The position numbers were made by a program, and so were the translations under genes. A stretch of DNA of 64,000 bases from positions 89,652,001 to 89,716,000 of the forward strand of contig OZ286462.1 of assembly GCA_965644265.1 (NCBI GenBank), written 5' to 3'. The DNA is from Glycera tridactyla (Eukaryota). The first letter of the stretch is position 1. The number at the start of each line of letters is the position of its first letter. Shown one piece after another: positions 33,893 through 48,033 of the stretch. The notes under the pieces are model-generated. The model was not told the DNA's origin. It saw only the letters and a list, made by a program, of their open reading frames with translations, and did no database searches.

Positions 33893-36278
33893 TATAGTGT
33901 ACCCTTCAGTGGAAGACTGCCAAGAAGCACAGAGATGATTATTCTCCCAACTCAGGTGGATTCTTGGAAGAGATATGTTTGGATATATCATTCAGTGGAA
34001 GCAATTATGAGAGAGAGACCCTCAACAAAAGACCATCACTGACAGAAGACTGCTTCCATGGCACAGCTGCCCTATCTGGCATAGTCAAATACACCACCTT
34101 TGAGATAAAACACTTTTTGGTGGCATTTAGGGCAGAAGTGGTCGCTCTAATTAGGTGGTCTGATAGAGGGATTGCACTACATTAGACAGGATGAAGGCCC
34201 TGGTGAGATCCGTGTAATGGCGCCAGGTCAAAGCTGCATGTAATTGGGGATTGGAAACATGGCCGAAGTCAGAGTGTATTTGAGGTGCTCCAGGATCCAT
34301 GACATTATTTCATGGAATCATCAGTAGCCAATAATTCCTACAGGGGTCACAGGACATACACTGATCAATCAAAGGACTTTTTTTCAACCCAATATTTTAC
34401 ACAATCTACATCGTTCACATGTGATGATCCTATCATCATGTGTTCAGGGTTCGTGGAAGTGATGCCTGTAGGTTAGTTTCTAGCTTCTATAGACCAGGAA
34501 CACATGGGATACAACCTATCGAGTTCTCCATATAATCTTGTTGTAAGGGTTTGTGAAAGTGAAGATTGCTTGGGACAGACCACTCAGCATGATGATAAGC
34601 ACTGTGCTAGTCATTCTCCTGATAAAATAATACATCTTAGAGAATGTAAGGGATCTGTTCCCAATGAATAATCTTATTTATTCTGAGTCAACATAAGATC
34701 TTTTGGTGTCTTCTTCATGTGGCATTCAGAACTGATAAATCTATTTGCTCGAGAGGATATGGGAGAATAAGTCAATTTCCGTGAGTTTGACTTGGTGGGA
34801 TGACCGTAATTATGCGGTAAATGTAAATTATTGATTTGAATGGCGACATGTTGTCAGGACAAACTGTATTTACAGCAAAACCTGCAACAAGAGATGCCTC
34901 AATGCGAGACCACATCTGACGGACCCCTCTTCTTTCATGGACGGACGGTTGCCCCTGGAAGGATGCTTTCTTTTTTGACATAATCAAATATACCAGATGA
35001 GAGACCACCTCTTGTGAAAGACTAACTTTAGGGCATCCTCTAGCTACAGGTTTCACTTTATGTTCTCAGCTCAAAAATGTCTTTGTAAACAGGTGGACGT
35101 TATAGAGAGGAAGTTAATGGTAGGAAGTGATATCTAGGTCATTGCTCATTGGGTTGGAGATGCAGTAAGTGTTCAGTTGGAGATACACTATTTCTAAAGT
35201 TGGTAGCCAGTTTGGTTTGGATTGGTTGAGATCTAACGGCATGGTGATGCCGAGGATTTTGTGTACCATGTGTATATGTAGGAGAGAGGTGATTAGAAGT
35301 TACCACAGAAAACTATGATGCTGAATGCAAAAGTTTGAGCGATCTTGGTGAATGGACACCGGGAGGTTATATCTAAGAGATGCAAACAAAAACCCGACCT
35401 TGGGAGTGCTAACAAAGGTTTTTTGCAATCAGTGATCAAAGAGAGTATGTGTTGTGATCATCTGATTGGTAGAATGGCATGCGGCAAAGATCATTTTCAG
35501 TTTAATGAGTGTTTGGTTTGTAGCCTTGCATGTTTGCTGAGATGATCAGGTGCGATCAAGAAACGTGGTTGATGAGCGTCAACGGTCACGTTTGCGGGCG
35601 CTGTCTTGTATATGCACCTTACACCTTGCCTGTTGACACAACACCCAGGTTGGGTTGGCGACGCTTCTCCTTCACGCCCCAACTCACCTCGGCCATTGAG
35701 AAACACATTTGCAGAAAGTGAGTTGTGAAAGAAAACATGGGATTAGGACCGTTGAAATGCTGCACAATTTTCTTCTCGCGAGCACACGATTTTCTTGCAA
35801 GCACACATGAAGCGTTGAGGTATTCATTAGGTGTATTTAGTAGTTGTGTACTGCATGTCTGGATGGGAACTCTCCCTCCCCTCTCCCCAATCCTCATTAC
35901 CTCACCTTGTGTGTACTATGCTTATTATGGCTTTCTGATATTTCTGCCTATATGCATGTTGGCAGTAATAAACACCGCCCAATATCACACTATCTAATAA
36001 GACTGCAAATATTCAGGTGATGCTCACATTCTGCAAAACAATTGTGAGTTTTCTTCAAGCTATGATGTATGATGTACACAGTAGTGTGTATGGAGTGACA
36101 GCTGTTTTTATCGGACATCTGTTTCACCCCATTTGTGTAGAGTATGTGATTGTGATGTTTAGTGGGTGAAGTCTTACTCTAACCCATTCTGTCCAGTTCA
36201 AATCATACCGAACTTCTACCCTCATGTGTGTAGGCTCTGTGATGGGGACAGTCAGAGGGAGAGAGGTATCATCAAGTA

Positions 36279-36365
36279 CAGTGAAACCTGCGACGAGAGA
36301 CCACCTCTTTTGAGATACCACTTTTTGGTGACATTAAGGGCGGTCTCTCGTCGCAGGTTTCACTG
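36279..36365. mobile_element. 87-bp pogo/Tigger-type MITE
   Basis: Perfect 24-bp TIRs CAGTGAAACCTGCGACGAGAGACC and TA flanks. Confidence 0.88.
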
Positions 36366-37647
36366 TACTCCACTGTGCTCAAAATGAAAGTTGCAATCAG
36401 GCTTGGCTTTCAGCTTCCATCCTGTGACAGACAGTGTATATAATCATCTGAGTTCAGAAATAGAGTGACTCCAACAGGCTCCATTCGGCAGTAATTCTCA
36501 CACTGATTCCGCACTGGATGCCATTTTTTTCACTGTTTCTTACTGCAATTTGCAGAATGAGAACAATTCATTGGTGCAGAATATAATACCCTCTCCCTCT
36601 CTTAGATTGCTAGGCCACCAAAATGTATTTAGGGCTAGCACAGCAAGAATCCCACCATCCCAGTAGGCTACTGCCTCAAAAACTTCCGGATCACAAGAAA
36701 GTATTGTCAGATCATCAGTGAAATAATAGGTGGGGGTTCAGTCATGAAGTAAGGGGGAGATCTGACAGTCGAGCCAACAATGGTAGAATCTTTACCCTTG
36801 TCCAAATCCATCCCCAGCTCTTTGAAGACTGCTAGTGGATCCAAAAATCAATACATGGCATCTCTGAGAAAGAGTATGAACTTTATATGTCAGAGAAGCA
36901 AAACGTTTTTGGTACCCTCATAGATTTTGAGCATTTGGTTAACTGTTGCACTTTGATGTGGATGCCAGGATATCAGGCGAATAAAAACAAACCACCATTT
37001 TTTCATCAGAAGTGTATGTAGTCTGCAGATTGTATGTGAAGTGTATTCTGTCAAGCTTTGATTTCCACGGTCCTCAGAGTAAGTTGAAGTGTTTGCGGGA
37101 GTAATCCATGCAGCGTAGAGCCAGCGATGAAGCCATGTTAAGTAGAGGCGTGTCAATATATAGAATCAGCTACTCATATTGCTCTACAATCATCACATCA
37201 AAAACTACACCAATGATGTCAACCGCTGTGCAGGGGCCACATTCATGGGAACACCATTTGAAGCAAAGCAGCTGTTTTATATGAAATATCGGGGAATTTA
37301 GACCTGCTGATCCTCATGTTCTTGTACTTTGTTTTGTCATTCCGTTCATATTCACCTATCCATATATCTTCTTTTTATATTCTTCTTTCTCCTCTTCCCT
37401 TTGCTCTTTTTACCCTTTCTGCAGATGTTTCCGAATCAAATCCTGGAAGTCATTCAAGTGTTTGTTGATTGATGAGTTGAATTATTATGTTTACTGGTCA
37501 GGTTTTGCAAAAAAAATATCCCCCTGGCCATTTCGACATGGTGAACAGCTTGTGTATTGGACGAACGAGGTGCCCCCTTCTCAGCGATGACATTTCTGAC
37601 CTCAGTCTTTCACGGAAAGAAACATTTTCTGGCCAAATTAGTTTTCT

Positions 37648-37735
37648 TTTCTTTCTTCTTCTTCTTCTTCTTCTTCTTCTTCTTCTTCTTCTTCTTCTCT
37701 TTCTTCTCCTTCTTCTTTTCTCCTTCCTCCTTGTA
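37648..37735 (+). repeat. (CTT)n microsatellite
   Basis: Direct inspection. Explains the poly-L/F/R ORFs in the track. Confidence 0.95.
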
Positions 37736-37798
37736 TTTGACACCCATTCATCAGTCTGTACTTACTCTTTTCACAGATGGAGGTCATGGAAGTGAATC

Positions 37799-38135
37799 TC
37801 ATGTTCACTGAATAACTCAGTGGCTATGCTGTCTTGATATGAGTGCATGTTCACAGGGTAACACAGTGGCTAAGAAGGACTGATATGCTCTCATGTTCAC
37901 AGGGTAATATAGTGGCCAGGATGTCTTGATATCATCTCATCTTCACAGGGTAACACACTGGCCAAGATGTCCCTATATGATCTCATGTTTATGGAGTAAC
38001 ACTGTAGTCAAGAGTTCCCAATATGATACCATGTTCACAAGGTGACGGAGTGGCAAGGATGTCCTGATATGGTCCCTTGTTCACAAGGTAACATAGTGGG
38101 CAAGGTGATATGATATTAATCCATTTTCACAGCCC
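37799..38135 (+). repeat. Diverged 46-bp minisatellite, ~7 copies
   Basis: Consensus CATGTTCACAGGGTAACACAGTGGCCAAGATGTCCTGATATGATCT. Confidence 0.8.
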
Positions 38136-41053
38136 GTGTGTTGAGAGAGTCAATGAACACTGACAGACTGACTTTGAGATGAATTGCTCAAACTGAATTA
38201 TTACTCAGTGGATCTATTATGGGCTTTTAGTGGGGCATTTCTTGCACAATCTATTTCTTGTTCTGCCTCGGCCGATGGTGCCATTTTTGTCAAGTGGTGA
38301 GCTTTCATAACTTGAGTGCAGGCAATGTGCCATAATATCCTCGGGGAAATGTGTCGATTTCCGTTTGGTTATCTGTAGCCGCCACATATAAAGACCACCA
38401 ATGATGATAACTTGGGCTGTTCAAACAGTGCCAGCTCTGTTTTATAGACAACCTGCCAAGCGATACCTGTCCAATATGGAGTGGTAAAAACTTCTGAGAG
38501 AAAGCCAATGATTTTGTGGTATCAATTTTGAATCCATGTCTCAATCTGATATGGCTGTATGGAAAATGAGCTTCTTCAAACTGTCAACTAGGCTATCTGT
38601 AAATTCTCCTGAAATTTCACCTCATATTTGGGACCCTGGAGAAGGAGTCTTGGATGACCTATGAATATTGCATAGGCGTCTCAACATAGCCCAGATGGTG
38701 ACAAGAAATTGAATATCCAAACAACCAAACTCGGAACCAATTTGTGTCTAGTTCAGCTAGGAATTAAGATTCTGTTGTCAAATTGAGAGATTTTCTGTTT
38801 GCGTCATTTCACCGGGTAAAAAAATATATCACCCCAAAAGCATAGCAAGATTTCTGCCCGGTTAAGTTATCGGCCTCATTGATGAGAAGCAACAATTTCT
38901 TTCTTTTTACAACTGAGTCAAACCTGTCCTAAGCCTGAGACCGAGTGAAGACACCAGAGTACATGCAAGTGTTCTTATAAGTGAGAGTACTCATGCCAGA
39001 TGAATACAGCAAGGAACTTGCTTATTATGGTGAATGCTCATGGCAGGTTTGACTATGGTTTACATTGCTTTGCTTGATATGAAAGGATTGCTATCAGACA
39101 GCGAGTGTCATCTTCAGATGAGTTACATCGTGTGATATGCCATCCTTGAATTTATCATGTTCATCGTCGACTGGTGAAGGTGTATGAACGGTTAGCTTCC
39201 CCCATTGAGACTACTAGTGCCACTGCGACTGCTGCCATCCTCATTATCATCATGCTATTACTGTTGTCATTTTGTGTTGTCGTCATTGTCGGTACCATTA
39301 ATATCTCAGCAAATGTATTATCTCCACCCCTCTTCACTTTACTGGTTGAAATGAACATTTTTACTTGAAAGTATAGATTGCTAAATGTAAGTTCAACACT
39401 TGTGCTTTACGAGATAGTACAGTAGTTGAGATCATTGACTTGAGAGCATCAGGCATCCATGGTGTTTTGTAAAACTTGGTTTCTATAATCCGGGCTGTTT
39501 ATGTAGCCTGAAGTGAGAACAGTATATTCCAATCATCGCATATGTGACAAAAACCCCAGTTGTTTGCCTCCACTTTTGCTTCACATGATAGAACAAACAC
39601 GATGTTTTTTTTAAATGCGGCAAGCATTAGTTTTTCTCGTTGATGTGAGGTGGAGTGTGATGTGCCAGCACGGCTTGCTGAGGTTTTAAGAGACGTGGTC
39701 ACGTAACTGATCCATGCTGTTTATGGGTCGTGAGCCTGAGTGGAATCGTACGCAAGATCTTAACAACTTCCTTCTTATATTGTCTCATCTTCTTATCAAT
39801 GGGCCTATGTTGAATGCCCATCCTAATTCTACACTCTCTTCTCTTTTGTGCTTTCCTTGATTTTCGACCGTACTTATTGCTTGCACTTATCATGCTTGCA
39901 GTGATCGACATTTTACCTGCCATCCTGGTGGTAGGACACTGTCTGTCTGTCTGACTCTGTGTGTGAGTTGACAGTCATTTTGACACGTCCAGATAAACAA
40001 GTGAGTTACTCCCTGTAAAGTCTGTCAAGTTCAATCGTGGTGGGTGGGCTTTTTGCCCTAGCATTGCGAATTTGCATCGGACTGAAACGAAACATGCTAA
40101 CAGACATTCTCTGATGACTAGAAAAAGTCCCCTTGAATATTTCACCATAGAACGCTGAATACATCAATTACGCATTGGTTTCACGGCTTGCATGGCGGCC
40201 GTATCTCCACTGTTGCACATACATATTCGCAGATAATGCCATCAGATTCGCTGAAAATATGCAATGAAATGATGGCACATCCTTGTCTGGAACATGCAGA
40301 TTACTTGAAACCATGTCTGATGATCGCCGGAAGACATGTACAATACATACGTGCATTTAAAATTCGGATCAGACGAAAAATGGCATATTTATTCCATGAA
40401 ACTTACCCACCACATTTGGATTTGACAGAGTTTAGATCCAAACAATTTGATGATACTGCCAAGAATATTCATATGGAGAATGGTATCTCTAAATCCAGGC
40501 AAGAGTCTTTCAGTTGATGAGCCCTGCTCAGGCTTGAGTGTTGGCACCAGTGATAGAAGGGCTCTTACTGGCAGATTAACTGTAAGGGCAGGTAATATCA
40601 AGGAGGGCAGGTGAGAGTGGTGATGAGGACAGGTGATAAGTCTGCTTCACCTGCCTGATAAATACCTGCAGCAAAAAATTGTAGAGCAGCCAGAAGTGTG
40701 ATAGCCAGGAAGTGTGATAGCATTGTACTGCCGGCATAGGCACCCATAATTGTAATCTGGTTTGGAGTTGACAGTTCATAACTTAACACATGGGTTGAGT
40801 ATTCTCCTAATGCTTTTCCTTGAGTGTCAACATCCAGCCAGTATTAGAGTTAGAAACGTCATGTTCATGACAGACAGGTAAAGGTGTGTCTCAACTGTCA
40901 GCCACCTCGACCTGACAACCCAACATCGAGCCAGAAACACATGGCTTGAATAATCATGTGGGTTGACCTCTACATGTTATGTGAGGTGGGTGGAGATATG
41001 TCTGAACTAATTGCTACTTGCACTGGATATCATTACTGACTCCCAATCATCTA

Positions 41054-41218
41054 CAGTAAAGCCTGTCTATAGTGAAAAGTCACGGACCAGATTTTTCGTT
41101 TCACTGTAGACAGGATTTCACTATATACAGGTCAATTATAGTGAAAAAAAAACGTTCTGGCCAGATTTTGTTTTTCACTGTAGATATGGACTGGATTTCA
41201 CAATAGCAGGTTTTACTG
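41054..41218. mobile_element. pogo/Tigger-type MITE
   Basis: TA-CAGTAAAGCCTG ... CAGGTTTTACTG-TA, with internal inverted AGTGAAAA/TTTTCACT repeats. Confidence 0.7.
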
Positions 41219-42851
41219 TAATTGTATTCACAAAAGTGATGTTTGCAGGTGACAAGGCCAATATCTCAGCTGAATGTGGCAACTAAGTCTGGAGAACATG
41301 GCAAACAGAATGACCTAGGTTGGAACTTGACTTGACTGACTGACTAACGAAACTTCTTCTTCACTGGTGACAATAGCACATATCACAAGATAATAATACA
41401 AGCAATCAAGAAACTAGTCATATGATCATTATTGGCTACCACCAATGTCTGGATGTATCAATTACCATTCTGCATATGGATGTTGCTATCATATGTTGAT
41501 ACCATCTGTGTTCTAGATCAGTTCAGACAACTACCTCTAGTAGTTCATACTCGGCTCTTGCTATAACCAATGCCATATGATATGAGTATAAAATGGGGGG
41601 GGGGGGGGGGGATGAAATAGGAGGATGATAGAAAGAATTGACTGATTGTTTGATTGTTGGAAAGAATAAGATATACCTACCAACCTACTGGCCAATCAAT
41701 CAACCCGCCAACCAATGCCAGTCTTTGAACTTGGCCACACTCCTGAATCTCTGCTGGGAGAGTGAAAGTGTAGTCACTATCCTGACAGAAAACTGTCAAT
41801 TTTTAGTTCATCGCACACATTCTCATGGCAGTCATTTTTTTCATGCAAAAAGAAAAACAACTCTACTGAACTAGAGCAATGAATTCTCTATCAATACACT
41901 GGCCCCATCTCGCCTCTATCGTCTATGAACTCCATTCCCTATGAGACTGCCTTCCATATATATGATAATGGTGATAAAATATTGCCAAAAGTGGTGATGT
42001 ATGGAATGATAAATTGAAGAAAAGTTTGGTTTGTCAGTCACACAAATCAGGGAGAGTGAGACATTTTTTTTCAGGGAAGTCATTTTTGTGAATAACTGTC
42101 ACAGAGGGAAAGTGGCTGTTGAAGTTTTCTGTATATACTGCAACTCTACAGCAACATTGCCAATAGTGGTGATGTATGGGATAAGATAATTTCAGTTCCT
42201 TTGCGTTATATTCATGTCACAAATGTTGGAGATTGTGAGTGGCTGTTGAGGTTTTATGTAGAGACTGCAACTCTATGGCAACCACACCCCAACTTGAAAA
42301 GTTTGTCCACAATTGCAGAACCTGGTAAAATGGCAGATACATTTCCCAAATTGTGTGTTGGCTTCATCTGATTTGGAGACTTTCATCCAGATGTCACGTT
42401 GATGCTATCAGAGCTGATAATTTGAGTGATATTAGGAGCATTTGGGAGACAACCCGTGATTGTGATATGACTGAAGCCCTATCACAAGGTGAGCTGTCAT
42501 TTTGAGGTCACACACAGATGAAAAATAAGCCACACCTGCGAGGAGATATGAATAATTATAGACCCGTGATTTAATCCTTCTTAACTTGTCATCAAGGGAT
42601 GAACGTATGATTATTATACTCTCATGTTGGCATGGTAACACTATCATGTCTGCCGCTTGCATCCTCATGCAGCCACATTGTGACATTTTATCCTCATTAG
42701 GCATTTCATCACAGAGATGACTTATATTCATAGGTTTTAATTCATTTATCATATTTTCAGTGAAGTATCAGGTGTTGAGTATTGCTTGTGATACTTCACA
42801 GCTGGGTGAGAACTACATTTTTATGATTTCACTCCTAATCCATGTGATAAA

Positions 42852-42980
42852 AGCAAGAATATATGGCCAGTAGATAAAAATGCAATACCAAACTTGGTTT
42901 AAATTTTGCTGAATGTCACGAGGCTGAAATTCACACCTCCTTTGGTATTGCATTTTACTTCACGGCCATGTATTCTTGCT
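42852..42980. repeat. Short fold-back (MITE-like) element
   Basis: AGCAAGAATATATGGCC / GGCCATGTATTCTTGCT and AAAATGCAATACCAAA / TTTGGTATTGCATTTT inverted pairs. Confidence 0.6.
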
Positions 42981-45104
42981 ATATTATTATGGCTTACAAT
43001 AATACATAGTTTTAATTGACCGATTACCATTTGCGTATCTCATGAGTGAAAAGGTCAAAGCAATTGTATGCCATGTACCCATTGAATAATATTTTGAAAA
43101 TCATGGGGCATTCTTGCTTCAAGGAGTTCAGATCCATTCTATATCCATCGATTGTCACTCGCTATATTGAGCTCTTCTCTTTCTAGCAGTCCCTTGATGA
43201 ATCATTCTTGAGTGAATATTTCTTGTAGATCTCTACAATATCCAGGAACCCATCTTACTTCTTTATTTGACAAACAAACAGAACAATTGCTCTGATGATC
43301 TGTGTACTCCTCCATGATGATATAATTTAGAAAGAGCAGACACAGGCTACAGTGTCAGGGTAGGCCTCAGGCCTAATAGTATTCTAATGTCTAGTTCCTG
43401 CTCTGTATTATCCATATGTACTGGTGCCACCTGTTTCCTAAAAAAAAAAATGTCTATATCTTCAATCTTGTACATCAGTGCTGTGATATTTTATTCAGCA
43501 GTTCCAGAAAAGACACCTTCACTCAATTCCAAGAAGTTCCTTTCATCTGCTTTTCTGTAGACTTTTCATTCAAAGTGGGAACCACACTGACAGCTGTGAT
43601 GTGTGATTCCCACTTTGAATGAAAAGTCACCAAAAAGTAGTCGCTTGAATTATGAGGTGTCTCTCATCAGTGGTATATTTGACAATGTCAAGGAGAAACC
43701 TTTGCTGAGAAAGTGGCCTCCTGTTCGTGGCCGTGCCTGTCCTTGGGTGGTCACCTACGGAAATTCCACAGAGAGCAAATGTCAGGGAATCATTAGGGAA
43801 TTTGATTTTGTGTCAGGGGAAATTGTAGGTTGACATTTTAGGAAGATTATCAGCAAATTTTAGTATGATGTCAAGGAATTATTAGTGAATTTTATTATTT
43901 TATAATGAAAGGTAATTAGTTATTGGACTGAGGGCATATATGTAGTCACAATTCCTTCCACGCTGGTAGACTTTCATATCACAAACTTTTCACTGTTACT
44001 ATGTTCTTGTGTATTGTTGTTTGGTTTGTAAACTTCCAAAGTCCAGTGAAATGTGTGGATAGGATGGCTATGAAGTGTGCTGCAAGGCAAATCATTTGAT
44101 TTTATTTGAAAAGTATTTATTTTGTTACGGGAGAGTTAACAGACTGTATTATTCTCAATCAAGTGAATATATTTACAACTATACAAAATGCAATGATAAT
44201 CGACATTAGTAGGATAGCGAAGAATATGCTTACACTTAATATCAGAAGTAAGTGAATAAGTAGTTACATAAAAACATACTGAATGAAGATATTGTTTCCA
44301 AATGGTAGGGGGATTATGGTCAAAATTACCATGGCGGTTGTAGTGTCGATGATGAATACTCCAGAGAGAGGCGATTCATTATCACCATGAGCTTGTCAGA
44401 GAAATTATATATTTCATCAACAAAAAGTCAGAGTAGGAAATTTCATCGCCAATCATGAGTTTCATGTTCAGCTGTATTAATGCTCAGAAAATGTATCAGC
44501 CAGAGAAAACATATTTCAAGCATGGGCCAAGGAGTCTATGCCTGATATGTGGAACAAGAACAGTGTGGCCGGCCCTTCCCTGAGCATCACTGAATCCAAT
44601 CATATCAGGTGGTCCAGTTTGAATCCTATGCTATTCCCAGGAGTCATTTAGGCAGCCATCTTGGAATCTACAAGCTAGTAAAGTGGACTTTGCCCAGACA
44701 GTTTGAATCCAGACTTTGTTACATTTTTATGATTTGTCAATTTCCATCCTTCTCGTAAGAATTTGTGTATAAAATTGTGTATATTTGAAGCAATTTTGGA
44801 TTTGCTAGGTCCATTCGTAAACTTGTGTATATGTGTAGAGATGTGTCTGAACTGACAGCTACTCCAGCCTAACAAACTTTCTACTGCCCCTTAATTTTTG
44901 TGTCCAGGGATTATGAGAGTGATACCTGCAGGAGACAGAGCATCCAGAATTCAAAACTCTGTGAAAAGTACTAATGCAGGTATGAAGAGGTTATTCCACT
45001 AAAATAGATAGATGGATAGATATTTTTTGCAGGGAAACAATGAGAAGTTTGGATAATGTTGGAGATCTGCCAGTAACAGGGCATTTGTTGAATAGAATCA
45101 TGAG

Positions 45105-45494
45105 CATTCATTATAAATGATAATTGACCTTGATTACTTTCTTCCTCGCCCTACTCTGTAATTTCAAGATATGTGAGAAACGCGTCAGAATAACTTCAAG
45201 CCCGGACAGGACAATACTTGTAACCACATTGAATATTCATTATCGATGATAAATGACCTTGATTGCTTTCTTCCTCGCCCTACTCTGTAATTTCAAGATA
45301 TGTGAGAAACGCATCAGAATAACTTCAAGCCCGGACAGGACAATACTTGTAACCACATTGAATATTCATTATCGATGATAAATGACCTTGATTGCTTTCT
45401 TCCTCGCCCTACTCTGTAATTTCAAGATATGTGAGAAACGCATCAGAATAAGTTCAAGCCCGGACAGGACAATACTTGTAACCACATTGAATAT
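45105..45494 (+). repeat. 129-bp unit in three near-identical tandem copies
   Basis: GACCTTGATT at 45126, 45255 and 45384, with almost no differences between copies. Confidence 0.93.
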
Positions 45495-46120
45495 GAATTT
45501 ATGGGAAAGCAAGCAGAAAAATATAAGCTGCGTATAAAGAAGTTAAGACGAAGGTTATCCTGGCATCTTCAGGTTGGTGATAAAAATATGAAGATGAGAG
45601 GCTGGTTGTCACGGTGATGGGGGCATTCATCCTGATGATGCTAATCATCTCATTGTGTACTTAACCTTCTTTCACTCACATTAACTCTTGAATTCTTGAA
45701 GTTGCTTTTGCTGTGATTGATTTACGGGTGGTGATAGCCTTTCTATTGTCATTGGATTATCCTGATTCCGTTGGGATGGTCACAGCTTGTTGATGGTGTG
45801 ATCTGATGTAGAATATATGAAAACTATCACTCATTCCAGAGAGATAAATATCATAAATATTTGATTACTATTTTATGGGGTTTACTACATTCATAGGTCG
45901 CCAATGCACTTAATCAAGAAACATTGATGTGAACTATGAAGAAAGCTATATCACATTTGACATGCTGCAAAGTCTTTTATATCATGGATATGGGTGAATT
46001 GAAGAATGAGAAATGAACATGGTGGATAGTGTGAACAATAACTCATGGAGAGAAAGTATATTTCATCGTACACCATTGCTATGTACATATTATATTTCTA
46101 GAAATCATTCAATTTCTTGT

Positions 46121-46199
46121 GGATTTGAACCTGGATCTCCAGCATGGCACCAACCACCTCGCCTGTGAGGGAGCAAGCAGTCAATGTACTGAGCAACTA
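46121..46199 (-). mobile_element. tRNA-related SINE head fragment (related copy at 50421-50495, minus)
   Basis: Minus strand GCTCAGT (A-box-like) ... GCCATGCTGGAGAT..GGTTC(A/G)AAT (B-box-like), shared between the two loci. Confidence 0.5.
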
Positions 46200-47819
46200 A
46201 AACCGCCGCACGGGTCTCACTATACCTCGAGTGTTCATTCCTCGGGGCTTTTGAATCGAAAATCTCATGACCTTCGATTCTCAGCATAGTGAGATCAGCA
46301 GCTAGGTCTTTAGAGCTCCTAGAATGGTGTTCGGAATGTTCAACTAACAGGACAAGCACATCAGCTAAGGACCCCAGATGTGTTGTATCCCATGCAATGC
46401 ATGATGGTGCCTCAATCAGAACAGACTCAATGATTCTTTTTAATAGGAATACTTTAAAACATGACCAAAACTTTTTGCGTTTTTTTTTTTGGAGGAAATG
46501 AAACTTTCAATGGTCCTGCGTATGAAACTGTTCAGATGATCTGGGGTTCATACTTCAAAGACCTCTGACCAGGTATTTATTTCTGCTGTGAGAACATGTA
46601 GCAATATTAATGCTGTGCCCCCCACTGTTTGCATTTGAGATGGATTGGAGAATTTGCTTTCATCTCTGCAGGACTCAACACATGCATTAGACACTCGCCT
46701 TTGCACGTATATGTGTGGCAAAAGATGCAGATGAATGCGTGTGAATGAGTCTCGTCATGGGTGGGCCATTGATATTGGTAGATATATAGATATACTTGTA
46801 TATAATTGATATTTATATGCTCGACCTCCACAAGATTACATATGAATTAAATTTAAATGGACAAAGAGAACGTTGTTTGGCACTTTACGATGCTCATTAG
46901 AAATATGATCGATGGGGGGCCTTCACCGATATATGCCACGCCTCACTTATCCAGTCTGTCATCTAACACATGCTTCCATTTACCAGAAACCACAGGCCTG
47001 CCAGCTCACATACACCCAAAATATTAAACGTATATCTTTTTCTTGTCAATCTGAGCACTCAGTATGGATGAAATACTTTACAAAAAAAACCAAAATATCT
47101 TATTATATCATTTTTATTTCTTGGTGTCACTTGATAAGAATTGTCATGGAGTCTGATTGGGAAGACGGAATATCCATATGTGATTATGTTGAAGATGGGG
47201 CAGTTAGGGCCCAGTTTCTGAGTCATGCATGAGAAAAGATTCAAGCTTATATCTTCCGCCAAACTGAATGGATTTAATAAGACGTAATTTATGAATACCC
47301 TCTTCATGTTTAAATGATCATGTATATCAGTGAGTATTAATTTGGAGCTTGTTAGGTTACCCGCAGCTAACCAGAAAATATTGCTTGTAGAAAGTTGGCT
47401 GCTATTGACAGGTGACATTCAATGATCTTGTTTGAAGATCTGAATGGTCTTGGAGAAGTTTTTGGATTAACAGAAGTTTTAATGGCACGTATCAACCCAG
47501 AGGATTTCATACCTTGTATGCTCCTATGGGAGCAGGATGTTCTGTCCCCTTCAGGTAACACTCATAAACCCTGCACACAAGATGATTGGGTGCCAAAAAG
47601 GCTGTCTAATGGCTGTAGCTGACAGTCCTGACATACCTCTACTATCCTCACATTAACCTGAATGAACCTATTAATGGTATATCAAACTCTAAAATTGGGT
47701 GAAAGCTGACAATCAAGCCTGATAAGTGATGTTTTTATCTTGAGCAGAGCACAGTATTTTGAACACGGGAATGCATCAGATTCAGAGAACAGTTGAACAA
47801 TGTGTTCAGCCTTATGAAG

Positions 47820-48033
47820 TAGGGCTCTACGTTGCTACCTGTGGGTAACCAATGGCCACCAGATTTACCCTCGGGCTTCCAATTTTAAAAGTTAGGAGCC
47901 AGCCGCCCCTAACATTTTGAGAGGTTTTAATTGGCTATGTATCGACTGGCTACCAAAAGTTTGCACTGGCTACCAAAACTTTCAACTCAGGGGACAGCCA
48001 GCTCCTAAATATTTTGGCCATCGTAGAGCCCTG
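47820..48033. mobile_element. hAT-like MITE, ~214 bp (fragments at ~18655 and ~19245)
   Basis: Ends TAGGGCTCTACG / CGTAGAGCCCTG (11/12) and internal GGCTACCAAAA repeats. No clear 8-bp TSD. Confidence 0.5.

Noticed and set aside
37487-37811. Poly-Leu, poly-Phe and poly-Arg ORFs
   Set aside because: Translations of the (CTT)n microsatellite.
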